55,477 bases of DNA from Actinomycetota bacterium. Lineage in GTDB: Bacteria; Actinomycetota; UBA4738; HRBIN12. A program made the position numbers and the translations under genes. Below are positions 43,526-52,051 of this stretch, piece by piece. The stretch lies in assembly GCA_039933515.1 (NCBI GenBank), contig JBDTNY010000117.1, positions 1-55,477 on the forward strand. The letters are read 5' to 3'. Each line of letters opens with the position of its first letter. The stretch's first letter is position 1. The notes beneath the pieces are model-generated. The model made no database searches, had not been told where the DNA came from, and saw nothing but the letters and a program-made list of their open reading frames with translations.

Positions 43526-45340
43526 TCAGCCGGCGAGCTCCCCGACCGCGCGGTGCGCCTGGTCGATCGCCACGTGAGCGAACGGCGACCAGGCGGCGTC
43601 CGCGCTCGCGAAGGCTACGTTGCCCGCCCTCGATCTGGCCTCGAGGTAGGACCGAGGATCCTCGGCGCCCGGACCGAGCAGCGGGTCGCCACCGTACGAG
43701 TAACCGTGACCCCACCGATTCACGGTGATGCCCGCGATGTCCCGGTCAGCGTCGAACCCGCCCGGTCCGAGCATGCGGGTCAGCTCGTCGCGGATCCGCG
43801 ATTCGAAATCGTCGAAGGTCATGTCGAAGAGCTGACGGCGGCCCGCACGGAAGCGTTGTCGGGCCGTGCCGCCGCCGGGCTGCGCAGGCACGTGAACCAG
43901 GTGCAGCATCATCGGTTCGTCGGGCGTGCGCGGGCACCGGTACGAGCCCAGGCTCACGGGGTAATCGAGCTTGAGCCGCGAGAAGAACCCCATCGGATTC
44001 GTGATCTCGTGGACGCCGAGCCGGACCCAAGGGTGCCAGTCACGAACGGCCACCTTCACGTAGACGAGCGGCGCCTTCGTGTTCTTCGACAGGGCCTGCA
44101 GCTGGCGCTTCGGCAGCTCGGGCATGATCGAGGGGATCATCATGTGGTAGCCGGCGAGCACGGCACGCGCGGCGCGTACCACCGACAGCTCGCCGTTCCG
44201 CACGTACCCGACGTCGACACCGCCGTCGCGGTTGCGAACGTGGACGGCCGTGCTCTCGAGTCGCAGCCGTGTGGATGAGCCGATGTCGTCGAGCCTGCCG
44301 TAGTCGAACGGCGCGGTCACGATGTCTTCCATCGTCGTGCCCGGCGCTGCGTCCGGGATCATCGAGCGCACCATCAGGCGAGCCAGCGACGCGTTCCCGT
44401 CGGGGAAGTGGTAGATGTAAGGTTCGTCCATCTCGGCCGCCACGGCCGGATCCACCGGGAGCCCGAGTCCTGCGAACCCCGGGTAGCCCGTCTCGTACGC
44501 GTCGTAGGCCGTGATGCGGTCGATGCCCAGCGCGAAGAAGTCGTGCGAGCGACCCTGGAACGTATCGGCCGCTCGGTCGTCGAGTCCCCAGGAGCGTTGG
44601 ATGAAATCGCGGTAGCTCGTGGTCTGCAGCAGCACGACCGCCTCGTCCCGGGAGAGCTCGCCTAACGGGTTGCGGGACGACGTGAAGAGGTCGACGAGCG
44701 TTGCCTTCGCGGAGGCCGACAGCGGGAAGTCCGCGATGAACGCCGCGGCCGGACGCTCGTTCATCCGGTCGCGCGCGATGTCGTCGGCGACCATCCGCAT
44801 CGGGTCGCCGGAGACCAGGACGTCGCGACCGAACGCCTCCCGGGAAAAGAAGACCGCGCGCGACAGCCCGAGCCCCGGGTACAGCTCGCGATCGAACGCC
44901 GTTCGGAACCGGCCGACATCGACCCCGAGCGAGGCGAGTAGCCCCTTCGCGACGTCGCTGTAGAGCCCCTCGGGAGACTGGAGGGCCTCGCTGCCGCCGT
45001 AGCCGATCAACAGGCGGTCGCCTACCCAGAGCTCGTTCCGCTTCGCGTGCCCACCGAAATCATCGTGATTGTCCAAGAGCAGGATCGTCGCGTCGGGCTC
45101 GCGTTGCCGCCAGAACCACGCCGCGGCGAGTCCGCTGATCCCCGCTCCCACCACCACGAGATCGACCTGTTCTCCGATCGGCACACCGGCGATATCGAAC
45201 GTCTGCCCGTCGCGTATCGCGTGCGCGACGTCGAACGACCCGGGGTGGCTCCCGCGCATCCCGTGCCGTGCCGGCGGATACGTCGAGCCGTCCCGGTACT
45301 CCAGCCGCGTCACACCGTCCTTCACCGCATCTCCTTCCAT
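43526..45340 (-). CDS. NAD(P)/FAD-dependent oxidoreductase, spermidine-dehydrogenase/amine-oxidase-like
   Basis: Rossmann motif DLVVVGAGISGLAAAWF. About 600 aa. Start set at MEGDAVKDG; the longer track ORF has an Arg-rich, non-protein-like N-terminus. Confidence 0.7.
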   Translation of the reverse strand: MEGDAVKDGVTRLEYRDGSTYPPARHGMRGSHPGSFDVAHAIRDGQTFDIAGVPIGEQVDLVVVGAGISGLAAAWFWRQREPDATILLLDNHDDFGGHAKRNELWVGDRLLIGYGGSEALQSPEGLYSDVAKGLLASLGVDVGRFRTAFDRELYPGLGLSRAVFFSREAFGRDVLVSGDPMRMVADDIARDRMNERPAAAFIADFPLSASAKATLVDLFTSSRNPLGELSRDEAVVLLQTTSYRDFIQRSWGLDDRAADTFQGRSHDFFALGIDRITAYDAYETGYPGFAGLGLPVDPAVAAEMDEPYIYHFPDGNASLARLMVRSMIPDAAPGTTMEDIVTAPFDYGRLDDIGSSTRLRLESTAVHVRNRDGGVDVGYVRNGELSVVRAARAVLAGYHMMIPSIMPELPKRQLQALSKNTKAPLVYVKVAVRDWHPWVRLGVHEITNPMGFFSRLKLDYPVSLGSYRCPRTPDEPMMLHLVHVPAQPGGGTARQRFRAGRRQLFDMTFDDFESRIRDELTRMLGPGGFDADRDIAGITVNRWGHGYSYGGDPLLGPGAEDPRSYLEARSRAGNVAFASADAAWSPFAHVAIDQAHRAVGELAG

Positions 45341-45399
45341 CGAGCTCCCGTCGGCGCCGCTTGTCGTCGACACGGCGGACGGCGGGCGGCGTACGTGGC

Positions 45400-47070
45400 A
45401 TGCTGCGCGCCATGCGCGACGGCGGCAAGTTGCGAACCTCGATCGGCGCGCTCGCCGAGGCGTTCCGATCACCGGATCTTCGCCGTGTCGAGATCGCCTG
45501 GGCGCTCTCGGTAACGGCGGACTGGATCGCGATCATCGTGCTCGCCGTCTTCGCGTTCGACGCGGGCGGCCCGCTCGCGGTCGGCCTCCTCGGCCTGATC
45601 CGGATGGTGCCCGCAGCGCTCGCCGCGCCCTTCTTCGCGATGCCCGCCGACCGCTACCCGCGGCAACGGGTGATGGCGGTCGTCGAGGGAGCCCGCGCGC
45701 TCCTGATCGTCTCGGCGGGCGTCGCGGCCTGGCTCAGCCTTCCCGTGGCCGTCATCTACGCGCTCGTCATGGTGGCGGCCGTCGTCTCGAGCGCCCTGCG
45801 CTCCACCCAGTACGCGCTCCTGCCCTCGCTCGCCCGCTCGCCGCACGAGCTCGTCGCCGCCAACGTCGGGCTGGCGACAATCGAGGGCCTCGGCATGCTG
45901 GCCGGACCGGTGCTCGCCGGGCTCTTCCTGGCTCTCGCGGGAACCGGCACGCTCCTGGTCGCCGCGGGCGCCGCGTTCGGGGTGGCGGCACTCGTGCTGC
46001 TCGGGGTCGAAAGCGCAGGTTTCGCACTCCCCCAGCCGACGGGCCGCCGTCGGCCCATCGAGGAGGCGCTCGCTGGATTCCGCACGCTGGCGACGATGCC
46101 GAAGCCGCGCCTAGTGGTCGAGCTGTTCAGCGCGCAGACGATCGTGCGGGGCCTGCTCGGGGTGCTGCTGGTGATCGCGTCGTTCGATCTGCTCGGGATG
46201 GGCGAGTCGGGACTCGGGTATCTCTCTGCCGCGATCGGAGCGGGAGGGATGATCGGCGTGTTCGTGACGCTGTCGCTCGTGGGGCGCCCGCACATGGCGG
46301 TGCCCTTCGGTCTCGCGCTGCTGGCATGGGGCGTACCGATCGCCCTGATCCCCGTGTTGCCGTTCCCGCTCATGGCCCTCGTGCTGATGGCGGTCGTCGG
46401 CGTCGGCAACAGCGTCGGCGACGTCGCCGGCATGACCACCCTGCAGCGGATCGTGCCCGATGTGGTGCTCGCCCGGGTGCTTGGGGTGCTCGACGGGCTG
46501 GTGCTGGGCGCCGTCGGGCTCGGCGGCATCCTCGCTCCCGGGCTCGTCGCCTGGCTCGGCCCTCGTGGAGCCTTCTACGCGACGGGGGCGCTGCTCCCCG
46601 CCCTGGTGGCGGTCACGTGGCCGGCGCTCCGCAAGCTCGATCGGGACACCGTGGTCCCCGAGCGCGAGCTGGCGCTCCTGCGATCGATCGCGATATTCGC
46701 CCCGCTCGACATCCCCACGGTCGACCACTTGGCCCAACAGCTGCACCCCCGCATGGTGGCGGCAGGGGCCACGATTATGACGCAGGGCGATGTCGGCGAC
46801 CGCTTCTACATCATCGATCGAGGCGCGGTGGAGGTCTCGGCCGACGGCCGGCACGTCGCCGACCTCGGCCCGGGCGATTTCTTCGGCGAGATCGCGCTGC
46901 TCCGCGACGTGCCGCGCACCGCGACCGTCACCGCGACCCAGGAGACCCGCCTCCTCAGCCTCGAGCGCGACCAGTTCCTGACGGCCGTCACGGGGTTCGC
47001 GTACAGCCACCTCGAGGTCGACCGGATCACGGTGCAGCGGCTGAACGACCTCGAGCGAGGGAACGGGTAG
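45400..47070 (+). CDS. MFS transporter fused to a C-terminal cyclic-nucleotide-binding domain
   Basis: About 12 TM segments, followed by FAPLD...GDRFYIIDRGAVEV...GDFFGEIALLRDVPRTATVTA (canonical cNMP-binding phosphate-binding cassette). The start (45400 or 45412) is uncertain. Confidence 0.8.
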   Translation: MLRAMRDGGKLRTSIGALAEAFRSPDLRRVEIAWALSVTADWIAIIVLAVFAFDAGGPLAVGLLGLIRMVPAALAAPFFAMPADRYPRQRVMAVVEGARALLIVSAGVAAWLSLPVAVIYALVMVAAVVSSALRSTQYALLPSLARSPHELVAANVGLATIEGLGMLAGPVLAGLFLALAGTGTLLVAAGAAFGVAALVLLGVESAGFALPQPTGRRRPIEEALAGFRTLATMPKPRLVVELFSAQTIVRGLLGVLLVIASFDLLGMGESGLGYLSAAIGAGGMIGVFVTLSLVGRPHMAVPFGLALLAWGVPIALIPVLPFPLMALVLMAVVGVGNSVGDVAGMTTLQRIVPDVVLARVLGVLDGLVLGAVGLGGILAPGLVAWLGPRGAFYATGALLPALVAVTWPALRKLDRDTVVPERELALLRSIAIFAPLDIPTVDHLAQQLHPRMVAAGATIMTQGDVGDRFYIIDRGAVEVSADGRHVADLGPGDFFGEIALLRDVPRTATVTATQETRLLSLERDQFLTAVTGFAYSHLEVDRITVQRLNDLERGNG

Positions 47071-47140
47071 GACGACCGGATGTGCGCCACGCCCGAAGGG
47101 CTCGCCGTCGCGCTCAGACCGAGCGCGCGTTCCTCGCACC

Positions 47141-47590
47141 TCAACCGGGTTGGAACGCCGGGAGCCCATCGAGCGGCGAGGAGATCTCGGTCGGGTCCAC
47201 GCCCAATGACCGGGCGAGCGTCGCCGCCACTCGGTTGAACCCCTCGCGGTCCCACGCCCCGACGACGTCGATCACCCTGCCCTCGTGGATCAGGTACAGC
47301 GTGGGCACCGACACGATGTCGTAGGCGACGGAGGCCGCGTAGGGAGGAGCGTCCTCGACCGTGCAGATCCCGACACCGTATTTCCGGGCGAAGCGCTCGA
47401 GCGCCGGTAGGGGATCTTGGCCCACGCCGATCGTCCGCCCCGGGGCGATGCGCTCGAAGATCGCCATCTTCGGGGCGGCGAGCTGGCACGTCGGGCAGGT
47501 CACCTTGTAGAAGAACAACGCCTGAGGACCTTCGCGGGCCCGCACTCCCTCGATGTCGGGGGCTCGATCGCCGATGGCCAGGGGGCTCAT
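47141..47590 (-). CDS. Thioredoxin-fold protein (TlpA/redoxin-like), CPTC motif
   Basis: MSPLAIGDRAPDIEG...ALFFYKVTCPTCQ. 149 aa. Internal ATG chosen. Confidence 0.7.
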   Translation of the reverse strand: MSPLAIGDRAPDIEGVRAREGPQALFFYKVTCPTCQLAAPKMAIFERIAPGRTIGVGQDPLPALERFARKYGVGICTVEDAPPYAASVAYDIVSVPTLYLIHEGRVIDVVGAWDREGFNRVAATLARSLGVDPTEISSPLDGLPAFQPG

Positions 47591-47631
47591 GGCCCCAGCG
47601 TACGCGCGGCGGCCGTCCCGCGACGTATGGT

Positions 47632-48831
47632 TCAGCCGGCTGGGGCAGTCTCCGGAGGGTCTGCCGGGATCGCGACGGCGTCGGACGCAGTGGTCGCCCC
47701 CACGAGTTCCGACGGGGCCGAGTCGCCGGCCGCATTGGTCGCGACCACCCGGTAGCTGTAGGCGGTGCCCGAGAGCAACCCGGTGTCGTTGAAGGCCGTC
47801 ACGTCCTGCGCCGTGGTCGCGAGCTCGATCCACATCGAGCCGTCGACCGAACGTTCGACCCGGTAGCCCGACTCGGTGCCGACATCGCTCCAACTCAGGT
47901 CGATCTCCGACGACGACACAGCCACCGCCACGACGGTCGGCGTGTCCGCCACGGCGATCCAGGTGGTCGCTGAGGCGACGTCGGAGATCGCGCCGTCACC
48001 ACCACGGGTGATCGTGATCACGCGATAGAAGTAATTCGTGTCGGCCGTGAGGCCGGTGTCGAACGCAGACGTGAGGTTCTGCTCCACCGGCGTCACGGTC
48101 GTCCAGCCGGCGTCGCCATCGACGGAGCGTTCCAGGCGGTAGGCCTTCTCGCCCGCCACGTCCTCCCATCTCACCTCGACGACCGATGACGATACGCCGG
48201 CAGCCGTGACGGTCGTGGCCGGGGGCGCGACGACGCCGGGGTCGACGATCGTCGACTCGCCGGCACCCGCGGGTGGACCGGAGGAAGGCGACGAGTGCTC
48301 GGTCCCGCCTCGAGCACCACTCGAGGGCGACGCGATCTCCCGAACCGATGCGTTGGCGGGCTGGGCGGCGGCGGCAAGCGCGCTCACGTCGGGGGCGCGC
48401 TCGTCGCCGGGTTGCTCGGCATCCAGACCCAACCCTTGCGTCACGGTGGTGAGCACGGATGCCACGACCTCGCGGGCTCGCGGGCTGGCCGACGCCGTCC
48501 CGACGAAGGCGAGCGCCGCCACCAGCGTGACCCCGACGAGACGGTGGCCCGACGTGGCGCGGGGCGGAGCCGTCGTCGCGCGGGAAGCGATCGCCGTCCG
48601 CACGCTCCGAGCACCTCCCGCCGAAACGGTGGGCCGGCGCGGCGCCATCTGCCAAAGCGTCTCGAGCTCACGGATGTCGCGGCGTCGGCGTCGGCGATCG
48701 AGTACGGCCACCATCGCCGCCCCGCCGAGGAGGGCGACGTTCAGGGCCAGGACGCCCGCGATGACGATCAGGAATACCTTCGTCACGATCCTGTAAGGGT
48801 ACGGCAGCCGGGCACGGCTCGCTCGGCGCAT
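47632..48831 (-). CDS. Membrane-anchored protein with two fibronectin type III domains
   Basis: N-terminal TM (VFLIVIAGVLALNVALLGGAAMVAV), a Ser/Ala/Pro-rich linker, then two FN3 repeats (VEVRWEDVAGEKAYRLERSVDG...YFYRV and IDLSWSDVGTESGYRVERSVDG...YSYRV). The start is uncertain. Confidence 0.7.
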   Translation of the reverse strand: MRRASRARLPYPYRIVTKVFLIVIAGVLALNVALLGGAAMVAVLDRRRRRRDIRELETLWQMAPRRPTVSAGGARSVRTAIASRATTAPPRATSGHRLVGVTLVAALAFVGTASASPRAREVVASVLTTVTQGLGLDAEQPGDERAPDVSALAAAAQPANASVREIASPSSGARGGTEHSSPSSGPPAGAGESTIVDPGVVAPPATTVTAAGVSSSVVEVRWEDVAGEKAYRLERSVDGDAGWTTVTPVEQNLTSAFDTGLTADTNYFYRVITITRGGDGAISDVASATTWIAVADTPTVVAVAVSSSEIDLSWSDVGTESGYRVERSVDGSMWIELATTAQDVTAFNDTGLLSGTAYSYRVVATNAAGDSAPSELVGATTASDAVAIPADPPETAPAG

Positions 48832-49117
48832 TACCGAACCGTCGCAGAACCTTGCGCCGCGGCGATCGAGGCCATGTCGCGTGAGGCTCAGGATCGGTTG
48901 GCGTGCAATCCGTTCAGCCGAAGTCGGGGGGTCAGCGGCCGGAAGAGGTCCCGTGGCGACCGGATGCGACCCGATGGACCTTGAAGCCGAGGGGCGCGAG
49001 CTCCCGCTGGGGCGGGCAGCGCGTCCCACGATGGCGTCGCGAACCATCCGAGAGCGGAAGGCGCCGTGACACGCTGACCGACGACCTCGACGTCCTTCGC
49101 TCTTCGCGCGAGCGGGA

Positions 49118-49513
49118 TCAGGCCAGGGTCGCTATGGCTCGGTCCAGCTTGTCCGCCACCTGGCCTGCGATCGGCGTGAGGGCCTCGTTCCCGGAGACGG
49201 TCACGAGCATGCGTGGGTCGATCGCCTCGACGATCGTGCCACCGTCGCCCGCCCGCACGACCACGTTGCACGGGAGCAGGAGGCCCAGAGAGGGCTCGGC
49301 TTCGAGCGCCGCATGCGCGAGCGGAGGGTTGCACGCGCCCAGGATCACCTGCTGCTGCACTGTGACCCCCAGCTTGGCTTCCAGCGTGGCGCGCACGTCG
49401 ATCTCGGTGAGCACACCGAATCCCTCGGCGGCCAGAGCCTCTCGAACCGCGGCGACGGTCTCGTCGAACGGCCGGGCGAGCCACATGGTGCTGCCGTACC
49501 GCGATGGGGTCAC
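49118..49513 (-). CDS. DUF302-domain protein
   Basis: ILGACNPPLAHAAL...GLLLPCNVVV motifs. Overlaps the thioredoxin stop by 4 nt. Confidence 0.8.
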   Translation of the reverse strand: MTPSRYGSTMWLARPFDETVAAVREALAAEGFGVLTEIDVRATLEAKLGVTVQQQVILGACNPPLAHAALEAEPSLGLLLPCNVVVRAGDGGTIVEAIDPRMLVTVSGNEALTPIAGQVADKLDRAIATLA

Positions 49514-49887
49514 GAGCGGTCCCCGGCCATGTCGGCCTGCTCGAGCTTGCGGCGCACGTCGTCCATGTCGAGGTCGCGGACCGCCTCGATCAGCTGGGCG
49601 AGCGCGGGCTCCGGGAGGGCGCCCGGCTGCGAGAAGACGATGATCCCGTCACGGAAGGCCATCAGCGTGGGGATCGATCGGATGCCGAAGCCCGACGCGA
49701 GCTGTTGCTCTGCCTCCGTGTCCACTTTGGCGAACACGATGTCGTCATGGGCCTGCGACACCCGCTCGAAAGTCGGGGCGAACGTCTGGCACGGGCCACA
49801 CCATGCCGCCCAGAAATCCACGAGCACGATGCCGTCGGCGTCGACGGTCTGATCGAAGGTGTCGGCCGTGAGGTCGATCGTTGTCAT
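49510..49887 (-). CDS. Thioredoxin
   Basis: DFWAAWCGPCQ active site. 125 aa. GAGGAGG SD. Confidence 0.9.
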   Translation of the reverse strand: MTTIDLTADTFDQTVDADGIVLVDFWAAWCGPCQTFAPTFERVSQAHDDIVFAKVDTEAEQQLASGFGIRSIPTLMAFRDGIIVFSQPGALPEPALAQLIEAVRDLDMDDVRRKLEQADMAGDRS

Positions 49888-49921
49888 GTGTCCTCCTCGT
49901 CGGGTGGGGGGGGCTCGAAGG

Positions 49922-49937
49922 ATACCCCCGGGGGTAT
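49922..49937. promoter_or_regulatory. Perfect 16-bp palindrome ATACCCCCGGGGGTAT upstream of the thioredoxin-DUF302 operon (candidate operator)
   Basis: Lies 35-50 nt upstream of the trx ATG (49887, minus strand). A G8/C8 homopolymer (49906-49913) sits between it and the SD. Confidence 0.5.
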
Positions 49938-49998
49938 AGAACGGAGGCGGCGATCAGATTATTCCGGCGTTCCCGACCGGCTGGCCGAGAACGCGGTG

Positions 49999-50766
49999 TC
50001 AGCCCGCGACGCCGCCACCGTCGACCGGCAGCGCTACACCGGTCACGAAGCTCGACTCGTCGCTCGCGAGATACAGAGCCGCTCGCGCGATCTCGTCGGG
50101 CTCCCCCATCCGCGCGATCGGGCGCCCGTCGTTCGCGAACGCGAGGTACTCGTCCCAGGTCATGCCCTGGTTCCGAGCGTCCTCGTGCTCCATCGGGGTC
50201 TCGGTGTCGCCCGGGCAGACGGCGTTCACGCGGATCCCTTGCGGCCCATGGTCGATCGCCATCGACTTCGTCAGAAGCACCAGCCCGCCTTTGGCGGCGG
50301 AGTAGGCGGCGCCCTTCGCGGCGCCGACGAGCCCCCACCCGGAGCTGCAGTGGATGATCGACCCTGCCCCCTGCGCGATCATGTGCGGGAGCGCCGCCCG
50401 GGACATCAGGTAGGCCCCTTTCAAGCTGGTTTCGACCTGCAGATCCCACTCGTCTTCGTCACACCCGAGCACGTCGTTCGCGATGTAGACACCGGCGTTG
50501 TTGAACAAGACGTCGAGTCGCCCGAACATCTCGATCGTCCGGGCGACCGATCGCTCGCAGTCGTCGCGGATGCGCACATCGGCTCGAACGAAGATCCCTT
50601 CGCGGCCGGCCGCCTCGATCTCCCCGACCACCTCGGCGCCCCGGGTCTCGTCGCGGCCGGTGATGGCCACGTTCGCCCCCTCGTGGGCGAAGCGCACCGC
50701 TGTCGCCCGACCGATCCCCGACGTCCCCCCCGTGATGAGCGCTGCCTTGCCTGCGAGTCGATCCAT
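49999..50766 (-). CDS. Short-chain dehydrogenase/reductase (SDR)
   Basis: TGGTSGIGRA cofactor motif, NNAG and a YSAAK catalytic motif. Start at MDRLAGKAALITGG. Confidence 0.85.
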   Translation of the reverse strand: MDRLAGKAALITGGTSGIGRATAVRFAHEGANVAITGRDETRGAEVVGEIEAAGREGIFVRADVRIRDDCERSVARTIEMFGRLDVLFNNAGVYIANDVLGCDEDEWDLQVETSLKGAYLMSRAALPHMIAQGAGSIIHCSSGWGLVGAAKGAAYSAAKGGLVLLTKSMAIDHGPQGIRVNAVCPGDTETPMEHEDARNQGMTWDEYLAFANDGRPIARMGEPDEIARAALYLASDESSFVTGVALPVDGGGVAG

Positions 50767-50776
50767 GTGGCCGATG

Positions 50777-51955
50777 CTACGCGAGAGAGGCAGCCGGACG
50801 CTCTTTGCGCGGGTCGACGAACGGGATCGCTGCGGTGACGCCCTGGATGTGTTCTCCTGATTCAGTCTCGACGTCGAGGCGATGCCCCGGCTCGGCGAGG
50901 TCGATCGGGACCCACACGTACCCGATATTCTTCTCGAGGCCGGGCGACCAGACCGCGTCGGTGAGGTGCCCAACCTTCGTCCCGTCGACGAAGGCGTCCC
51001 AGTACTGGGACATCTCGGCGCGCAGCTCATCGCCCGTGAGCTCGATGCCCACCAGCTTTCGATCGACGCCGCGCTCACGGAGCGATTCGAGGGCGCGCTT
51101 GCCGAGGTAGTCCTGCGGCTGCTCCTCGACGAGCCGCTCGAGGCCCATCACGTGGAACGGAGTGTCGGTCAGGCGGATGTCTGAACCGTAGTTGAAGATC
51201 CCCGCCTCGATCCGACGCGCCTCGGACGGGGCGATCGGGCGGATGTCGAATTCCTCGCCGGCGGCGGCGATCGCGTTCCACAGGTCGTCGCCGCGCGAGC
51301 CATCGAGCAGGTTCACCTCGAAGCCCGGGATCGCGGTCCACCCGGTACGGCTGATCAGGACAGGGATCCCGTCGATCTCGAACCGCTCGGTCCAGTAGTA
51401 CTTGATGTCGTAGATCTGGGTGCCGACGAGTTTCTCGAGCGTCTTGCCCGACATCGGTCCCTGCACCTGCATCGGGTGCACGTCGGGGAGGGTGACCTCG
51501 GCATCGAGGCCGCTCGCGGCCGCCACGCCGAGGGCGTAGAGGCCGGCGTCGGAGTCGGCGAGCTGCATCCACCAGACGCCCTCGTCGACATGCAGCAGCA
51601 CGGGGTCGTTCACGATCCCACCGTCGGGCCCGATGACGAGCATGTACTTGCCCTGCTTGACCGCACACTTCGTGAGATCGCGGCAGGTGATCATGTCGAT
51701 CAAACGGTCGGCGTCGGGGCCGCTGACCTGCACGGTCCGCTCCACGCCGACATCCCACATCGTGACGCCCTCGTTCAGCGCGCGGTACTCCACATCGGGG
51801 TCGTCGTAGTACGCGGGCAAGTACATGTGGTTGTAGATGTCGTACGACGTGCACCCGGCCCGGCGCGTGGCCTCGAAGTACGGCGACCGCCGATACCAGG
51901 GCCCGAAGTATAGGGTCGCGCTGTTCTCGAGCATCTCGACGCGTTCGTTGGCCAC
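50777..51955 (-). CDS. Aminomethyltransferase (GcvT/DmdA-like) family protein
   Basis: LYFGPWYRRSPYFEAT...YNHMYLPAYYDDP...WDVGVERTVQVSGPDA resemble the GcvT-like folate-dependent family. The start is ambiguous: GTG 51955 with a GGGAGG SD, ATG 51934, or GTG 51991. Confidence 0.75.
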   Translation of the reverse strand: MANERVEMLENSATLYFGPWYRRSPYFEATRRAGCTSYDIYNHMYLPAYYDDPDVEYRALNEGVTMWDVGVERTVQVSGPDADRLIDMITCRDLTKCAVKQGKYMLVIGPDGGIVNDPVLLHVDEGVWWMQLADSDAGLYALGVAAASGLDAEVTLPDVHPMQVQGPMSGKTLEKLVGTQIYDIKYYWTERFEIDGIPVLISRTGWTAIPGFEVNLLDGSRGDDLWNAIAAAGEEFDIRPIAPSEARRIEAGIFNYGSDIRLTDTPFHVMGLERLVEEQPQDYLGKRALESLRERGVDRKLVGIELTGDELRAEMSQYWDAFVDGTKVGHLTDAVWSPGLEKNIGYVWVPIDLAEPGHRLDVETESGEHIQGVTAAIPFVDPRKERPAASLA

Positions 51956-52051
51956 CTCGGAGCCTCCCTGTTCGGCGAGCGAAGGGTTCACCCTAGGACG
52001 TCGTGGCCGAGTGGAGGTAATCGGGACCGGGATCGCGGAAGGATCGCGACC

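Noticed and set aside
47071-47140. Possible terminator between the convergent MFS-cNMP and thioredoxin-fold genes
   Set aside because: Only a 4-bp GCCC-gaa-GGGC stem is evident, which is too weak to annotate.
51992-52051. Glycine riboswitch upstream of the GcvT-like gene
   Set aside because: The gap is only ~60 nt, or less with the upstream start, and lacks the tandem aptamer features. The gene is more DmdA/aminomethyltransferase-family than canonical gcvT.
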